From a bacterium (GTDB lineage: Bacteria; Patescibacteriota; Minisyncoccia; JBBINA01): DNA of 64,000 nucleotides. The stretch is from contig JBBINA010000001.1 in the NCBI GenBank assembly GCA_037444125.1, positions 13,961 through 77,960 on the forward strand. The letters run 5' to 3'. Shown one piece after another: positions 59,319-64,000 of the stretch. Both the position numbers and the translations under genes were made by a program. Every line of letters begins with the position of its first letter. Position 1 is the stretch's first letter. Under the pieces are notes generated by a model. The model saw only the letters and a list, made by a program, of their open reading frames with translations. It ran no database searches and was not told the DNA's origin.

Positions 59319-61889
59319 ATGAAAAAGTATTTTGGCGTTATAACTTTTAGTTTATTTAGTTTTATTATATTTGGCTCTATCTCAGTTTTGGCAGCAGGGC
59401 CAAGTTGGGATATTTCTGGTACTTGGAATATTGTTTTTGATGTTGGAGGTACTCCTTATCTACATACAATGAATGTAACTTTATTTAATACATTAACTGG
59501 GGAGTTTATAGCTAATGGATTTTATAATCCCGACCCTTCATATACTTGGAACGCCACCGGAACTGTTTCCTCGAACTTAGTATCTTTTCATGTAGTTTAC
59601 ACTGGAACTAACTCTGGCTATAGTTTCGATGTGGCGGGCACTATCGCTGGCGATGGTTTCTCGATGTCGGGCGTGTGGGATTTAGGTACTTGGGCAGGAA
59701 CTGGTCAAGCCACGGGATTAGCGCGGTTGACTGTCAACAAAGTCGTAATCAATGATAATGGTGGTAGTAATAGCGTAGATGATTTTGACTTATTTATTAA
59801 TGGCAACCCAGTTTTAAATGGTTCGTCAACAATAGTCATCGTAGGTACATATATAGTAAGCGAAACTCCAGTTTTAGGTTATGTCGGAACCATTGGCGGT
59901 GATTGTGATTCTCAAGGCGTAATTGTTTTGTCGCCGGGAGATGATAAAATTTGTACGATTACAAATGATGATGAACCGGGACATATAATTGTTCAAAAGA
60001 CTACCCACCCCTCTAGCGAACAAACAGAATTCGCCATCAGCGCTACTGGTACTGGAGCGGTTTTAAATGGTGAAAATGGCACCACAACTGATGCTATTGA
60101 TTATGAGTATTTAGTAAATGCAGGAACTTATTTCGTAACGGAGACAGTACCAGCGGGATGGATAATGCTTAGCAATAGCTGTCAGGACATGGTTATAGAA
60201 ATTGGCCAGACACTTTTTTGCGAAATTGTCAACTTGAAACTGGGGGAGATTCACGGGGTTAAATTTGAAGATTTAAATGGAAATGGGCAGAAAGATCAGG
60301 GCGAGCCTGGGATGTCAGGTTGGACAATTTATCTTGACTCAAATAATAATGGACAATTCGATTTAGGAGAAATTTCTACACAGACAAGTCAAAATGGCAG
60401 TTATGCGTTTACGAACTTGATGCCTGGGCAATATAATGTTAGAGAGGTATTGCCAGCAAGCGGCTGGAGCCAAACTTTGCCAGTGAATAATGGTAAATAT
60501 GTTGTTGATATTTTTCCTGGCACTATTTCTCAAGATAATGATTTTGGCAATTTTCAATGGAATCTTATTACCGGTTTTAAATGGCATGATCTTAATGGTG
60601 ATGGTATTTGGCAACAAAATGAGCCACCACTTGAAGGTTGGCCAATTGAACTTCATAGAATTATTCAGCGCGATCCGCAGGGAAGTCCAATTGAAACTGA
60701 ACTAGTTGCTTTAACTTTAACCGGTGGCGACGGGAGTTTTAGATTATATGGGACGGGAGTTGCCCATTTTGGCTATGGCCTTAAAGAGAAAAGGCGGGAA
60801 GGCTGGATACAAACCGCACCAGAAGTTTCGTCATTTTTTGATGTATTTTTTGAAGTATTTGTAACCCAGAGCGGACAAACCCATACGACTGATAATCAAC
60901 AAAGATCTCTGAATTTTGGCAATTTTGAACTTAATAAAATTACAGGTTATAAGTGGGAAGATATAAATGGCGATGGCATCTGGCAGCAGGGCGAACCGCC
61001 AATTTCATTGTGGAAAATTAAGCTTGATGGCAAAGATCGAGATGGCAATATTATTCATCGAGAAACCTTTACTGATATTAATGGCAGATTTTCTTTCTTT
61101 GATGTATTTGTAAATTTTCAAAATGAGCCTTATAAGATTACGGAAGAAAACAAAAATGGTTGGATAGGGACTTATCCAACGAGTTCTTTCTTTGATGTGT
61201 TTGTTGAATTGAGCGGCGTAGAACATACCACTGATCATAACAACTTGCCTCTTTATTTTGGTAATTTCAGATTGGGAGAAATTCGTGGAACAAAATTTGA
61301 AGATGTTGATAGAAATGGTAGAAGAGGTTCCGCAGAGCCAGGGCTTGCGGGTTGGACTATTCAGTTAACTGGATTTGATGAAATTACCCAACAGAATGTT
61401 AATCTGGCTACGACCACTGACTATAATGGAAGATATTCTTTTACCGGTTTGACCAAAGGCACCTATACAGTTACCGAAGTAGGACAACAAGGTTGGAGCC
61501 AGACTGCTCCTTCTTCTGGGAGTTATACTTTAACCATTGATACAAGCGGACGCGTTTATGCGGGCAAGGACTTTGGCAATTTTAGGCTAAAAAATTTCCA
61601 TGGACGTAAGTACCATGATGTTAACCGTAATCGTAGATATGATAATGGCGAGCCGTTGCTTCAGGGTTGGACTATTGAATTAATGGATATGATGGGGGGT
61701 GCGCGGCTGCGTACAACCACAGATATTAATGGCGAGTATGTGTTTCTAAATGTTATGCCGGGAAAATATTTTCTTCGCGAAATAGTTGAGCCGGGTTGGA
61801 AGGCTTGGAGTCCGAGAACAGGATTTTATCTTTTGAAGCCTCAAAGTTCAGATACTTTGTCTTATGATTTTGGGAATATTCCTTTATAG
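59319..61889 (+). CDS. secreted multi-domain adhesin-like protein with SdrD B-like/prealbumin-fold repeats
   Basis: signal peptide; five repeats of G.K(F/W/Y).D.NG.G....EP...GW.I.L...DFGN. Confidence 0.85.
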   Translation: MKKYFGVITFSLFSFIIFGSISVLAAGPSWDISGTWNIVFDVGGTPYLHTMNVTLFNTLTGEFIANGFYNPDPSYTWNATGTVSSNLVSFHVVYTGTNSGYSFDVAGTIAGDGFSMSGVWDLGTWAGTGQATGLARLTVNKVVINDNGGSNSVDDFDLFINGNPVLNGSSTIVIVGTYIVSETPVLGYVGTIGGDCDSQGVIVLSPGDDKICTITNDDEPGHIIVQKTTHPSSEQTEFAISATGTGAVLNGENGTTTDAIDYEYLVNAGTYFVTETVPAGWIMLSNSCQDMVIEIGQTLFCEIVNLKLGEIHGVKFEDLNGNGQKDQGEPGMSGWTIYLDSNNNGQFDLGEISTQTSQNGSYAFTNLMPGQYNVREVLPASGWSQTLPVNNGKYVVDIFPGTISQDNDFGNFQWNLITGFKWHDLNGDGIWQQNEPPLEGWPIELHRIIQRDPQGSPIETELVALTLTGGDGSFRLYGTGVAHFGYGLKEKRREGWIQTAPEVSSFFDVFFEVFVTQSGQTHTTDNQQRSLNFGNFELNKITGYKWEDINGDGIWQQGEPPISLWKIKLDGKDRDGNIIHRETFTDINGRFSFFDVFVNFQNEPYKITEENKNGWIGTYPTSSFFDVFVELSGVEHTTDHNNLPLYFGNFRLGEIRGTKFEDVDRNGRRGSAEPGLAGWTIQLTGFDEITQQNVNLATTTDYNGRYSFTGLTKGTYTVTEVGQQGWSQTAPSSGSYTLTIDTSGRVYAGKDFGNFRLKNFHGRKYHDVNRNRRYDNGEPLLQGWTIELMDMMGGARLRTTTDINGEYVFLNVMPGKYFLREIVEPGWKAWSPRTGFYLLKPQSSDTLSYDFGNIPL

Positions 61890-61970
61890 GTGTTTGCCTA
61901 AAAACCAGTCATAGTAAAAGAACTGAAGAAGCTATGGTAATTGATGTTTTTTTGTTATAATGTTTTAAAT

Positions 61971-62819
61971 ATGGCAGAACAGGAAAATAAATTTGAAGGA
62001 ATAAAAAAACCCGAGAGGTTGTTTAGCAATTACGAGAGACTGGAAGTTGACTTTTTAAATGCCCTTGAACATCAAGACGAAAAAGACATTTGCAAATTAC
62101 AAGAAAGATTTAATTGTGAATTTAATGAGGATCTTGAAGGAGTGAAGGTCTTATTTGGTTTTAGAAAATATGCCTTAGCTGAGAAAAGATTACTGGATTT
62201 TCGCCAAGGGCAGGCAGAAGAAATTTCTTCTACTATTTATAAGGAATTGACCGAATATGAGTTTACTATTGTGGACTACTTAATAAAAATTTATAAAAGA
62301 CCAGAAGAAGCAAGGAACCTTTGGAGTATTTTAGAGAAAATGAGTAAAGTTTATGGCATTCATAGTAGATTTGAGCAATTTAAAAGAGGAGTCATAGGAC
62401 AAGTAACAGTTTATAAAATTCTTGAAAAGCTTGGTAGAAAACCTCAACTTTCTAGCCCTGAAGAAGACGCCTATAGGGCTATTGACCTTTGGTCGTATGA
62501 TGATACGGCAGTACAGATAAAGACAAGTATTCATATCACTGAACCAGTAATAATTGGAATTAGCGAAGCGGAAGAAATTGCCTTTCCAGTTGTTCGAGTG
62601 AAAGATGAACAGAAGAATTATGAAGAGTTCTATAACTCTAAATTTTTCCAAGAAACCAGACGTTTTAAAACAAAATTAAACAAATATGCCCATAAAGTGC
62701 ATAAAAATCTTAAAGGGTATCTTATTATAGTACCAATCGATGAAAAATATGTTGACCTAGATACTGGCGAGCCAAAGCCAAGTCTCGTCGAATTTTTTGG
62801 AAAAATTATAAGTCGTTAG
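61971..62819 (+). CDS. hypothetical protein with a possible PD-(D/E)XK-like motif
   Basis: EED....IDL....AVQIK in the C-terminal half. Confidence 0.55.
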   Translation: MAEQENKFEGIKKPERLFSNYERLEVDFLNALEHQDEKDICKLQERFNCEFNEDLEGVKVLFGFRKYALAEKRLLDFRQGQAEEISSTIYKELTEYEFTIVDYLIKIYKRPEEARNLWSILEKMSKVYGIHSRFEQFKRGVIGQVTVYKILEKLGRKPQLSSPEEDAYRAIDLWSYDDTAVQIKTSIHITEPVIIGISEAEEIAFPVVRVKDEQKNYEEFYNSKFFQETRRFKTKLNKYAHKVHKNLKGYLIIVPIDEKYVDLDTGEPKPSLVEFFGKIISR

Positions 62820-62859
62820 TCTATTAATAATTTCGACTTATATTATAATAAGGTATATT

Positions 62860-64000
62860 ATGGAATTTTTTTTAACTATTTTGGGAACCGTTTTGGTGCT
62901 TGCAAGTATTGTTTTTATATTGAAAAAACCAATTGTTGGTTTTCTTGCTTCTTACTTTAAGGTTGTTTTTGATGAAAACTTTAGGTTAGTTGAGGAGAAA
63001 ACAAAATCAATTTTTAAAGAGGAGCGCGAACGCTTGCTTGAGCAGTATAAATCCAAAGAGCAGCTTTTGGAAGAGAGGTTAAAGAAAGGGGAACAATTTA
63101 TTGAGCTAAAAGAAGATACCATCAGAGAGTTAGTTTTAAAAATTAATGAAGAGTTGCGTCGACATCAGAAAAAACTAGAAGAAGTTGAAAAAGAACGAAT
63201 AACTGAATTTAATACCCTTAAAAATGTCATAGAAGAACATAAGTTAGTTACTGACAAGTTGCATATTACCACGAGAGATCTTAAAAATATTTTGTCAAAC
63301 AATCAGTTGAGAGGGAAATATGGCGAAGAAGTTGCCGAGAATTTACTTAAGTCAGTTGGTTTTGTCAAAGGACAAAATTATGTTGTTAATGAGATGCAAG
63401 ATACGGTTTCAACCCGACCGGATTTTACGATTTTACTGCCGGATAAAACCAAGATTAATGTTGACGCCAAATTTCCTTTGCAGGCGTTGATAAAATTTCA
63501 GGAGACGGATGACAAAAGAGAACAAGACCGTTATATTAAAGATTTTGCCCAAGATGTGAGGCAGAAAATTAAAGAAATCACTACGCGCGACTATATTAAT
63601 CCTGAGGAAAAGACCGTTGATTTTGTAATTATGTTTGTGCCCAATGAAATGATTTTCAGTTTTATTTACGACAAGTTGCCTGATGTTTGGAATGAAGCGA
63701 TTAAGAAAAAAGTAATTTTAGCCGGCCCTTTCAGTTTTACTGCGATTTTACGGATGGTTTACCAGTCTTATAAGAATTTTAAATATCAGGAGAATTTATA
63801 CGAAATTATTAAACTTATTAAAGCTTTCGAGCTTGAGTATACCAAATTTTCACAGGAGTTGGATAAACTTGGTGATAGACTTTCTTCGACTGTGAATCAA
63901 TACGAAGTTGTATCTTTAACTCGGACTAAAAAATTGACAGGCATAGTGGAAAAGATAAGGGGAGAAGAAATTTTACCAGCACCAGAAAGACGTCAGGATG
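62860..64000 (+). CDS. rmuC: DNA recombination protein RmuC (runs off window end)
   Basis: N-terminal TM, coiled coil, RGKYGE, RPDF..LLP...VDAKFP, FVIMFVPNE; not in the ORF track because no stop lies in the window. Confidence 0.88.
   Translation, partial: MEFFLTILGTVLVLASIVFILKKPIVGFLASYFKVVFDENFRLVEEKTKSIFKEERERLLEQYKSKEQLLEERLKKGEQFIELKEDTIRELVLKINEELRRHQKKLEEVEKERITEFNTLKNVIEEHKLVTDKLHITTRDLKNILSNNQLRGKYGEEVAENLLKSVGFVKGQNYVVNEMQDTVSTRPDFTILLPDKTKINVDAKFPLQALIKFQETDDKREQDRYIKDFAQDVRQKIKEITTRDYINPEEKTVDFVIMFVPNEMIFSFIYDKLPDVWNEAIKKKVILAGPFSFTAILRMVYQSYKNFKYQENLYEIIKLIKAFELEYTKFSQELDKLGDRLSSTVNQYEVVSLTRTKKLTGIVEKIRGEEILPAPERRQD

Overview
AT-rich bacterial chromosome segment using the standard code. 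Gene content and style (alpha2 GlyRS, short AspRS, TM-anchored Clp ATPase, mostly SD-less core genes) point to a Patescibacteria/CPR (Parcubacteria-like) genome; this assignment is an inference. It carries grpE-dnaK-dnaJ, dnaX, glyQS, rsmE, metG, dnaE, aspS, pepA, tRNA-Gln(CTG), a lower-glycolysis cluster (glycerate kinase, ppsA, rpiB, D-2-hydroxyacid dehydrogenase, eno), surface proteins, and several decaying accessory genes (Pel/GAG-like polysaccharide cluster, GNAT, alpha-2-macroglobulin, gap, AEC transporter). The most striking unexplained feature is a pair of homologous ~230-nt non-coding elements, each with its own promoter (25143-25379 + and 55113-55344 -). Each has three tandem hairpins with a fixed scaffold (RTTGY-G-[N10]-AAAC-loop-GTT-GA-[N10]-RCAAY), and all twelve 9-10-nt segments differ. 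This looks like an orphan, programmable dual-guide RNA array, reminiscent in layout of TIGR stem-loop arrays and IS110 bridge-RNA loops, but no recognisable cognate effector lies next to either copy. All calls are by eye; no searches were run.
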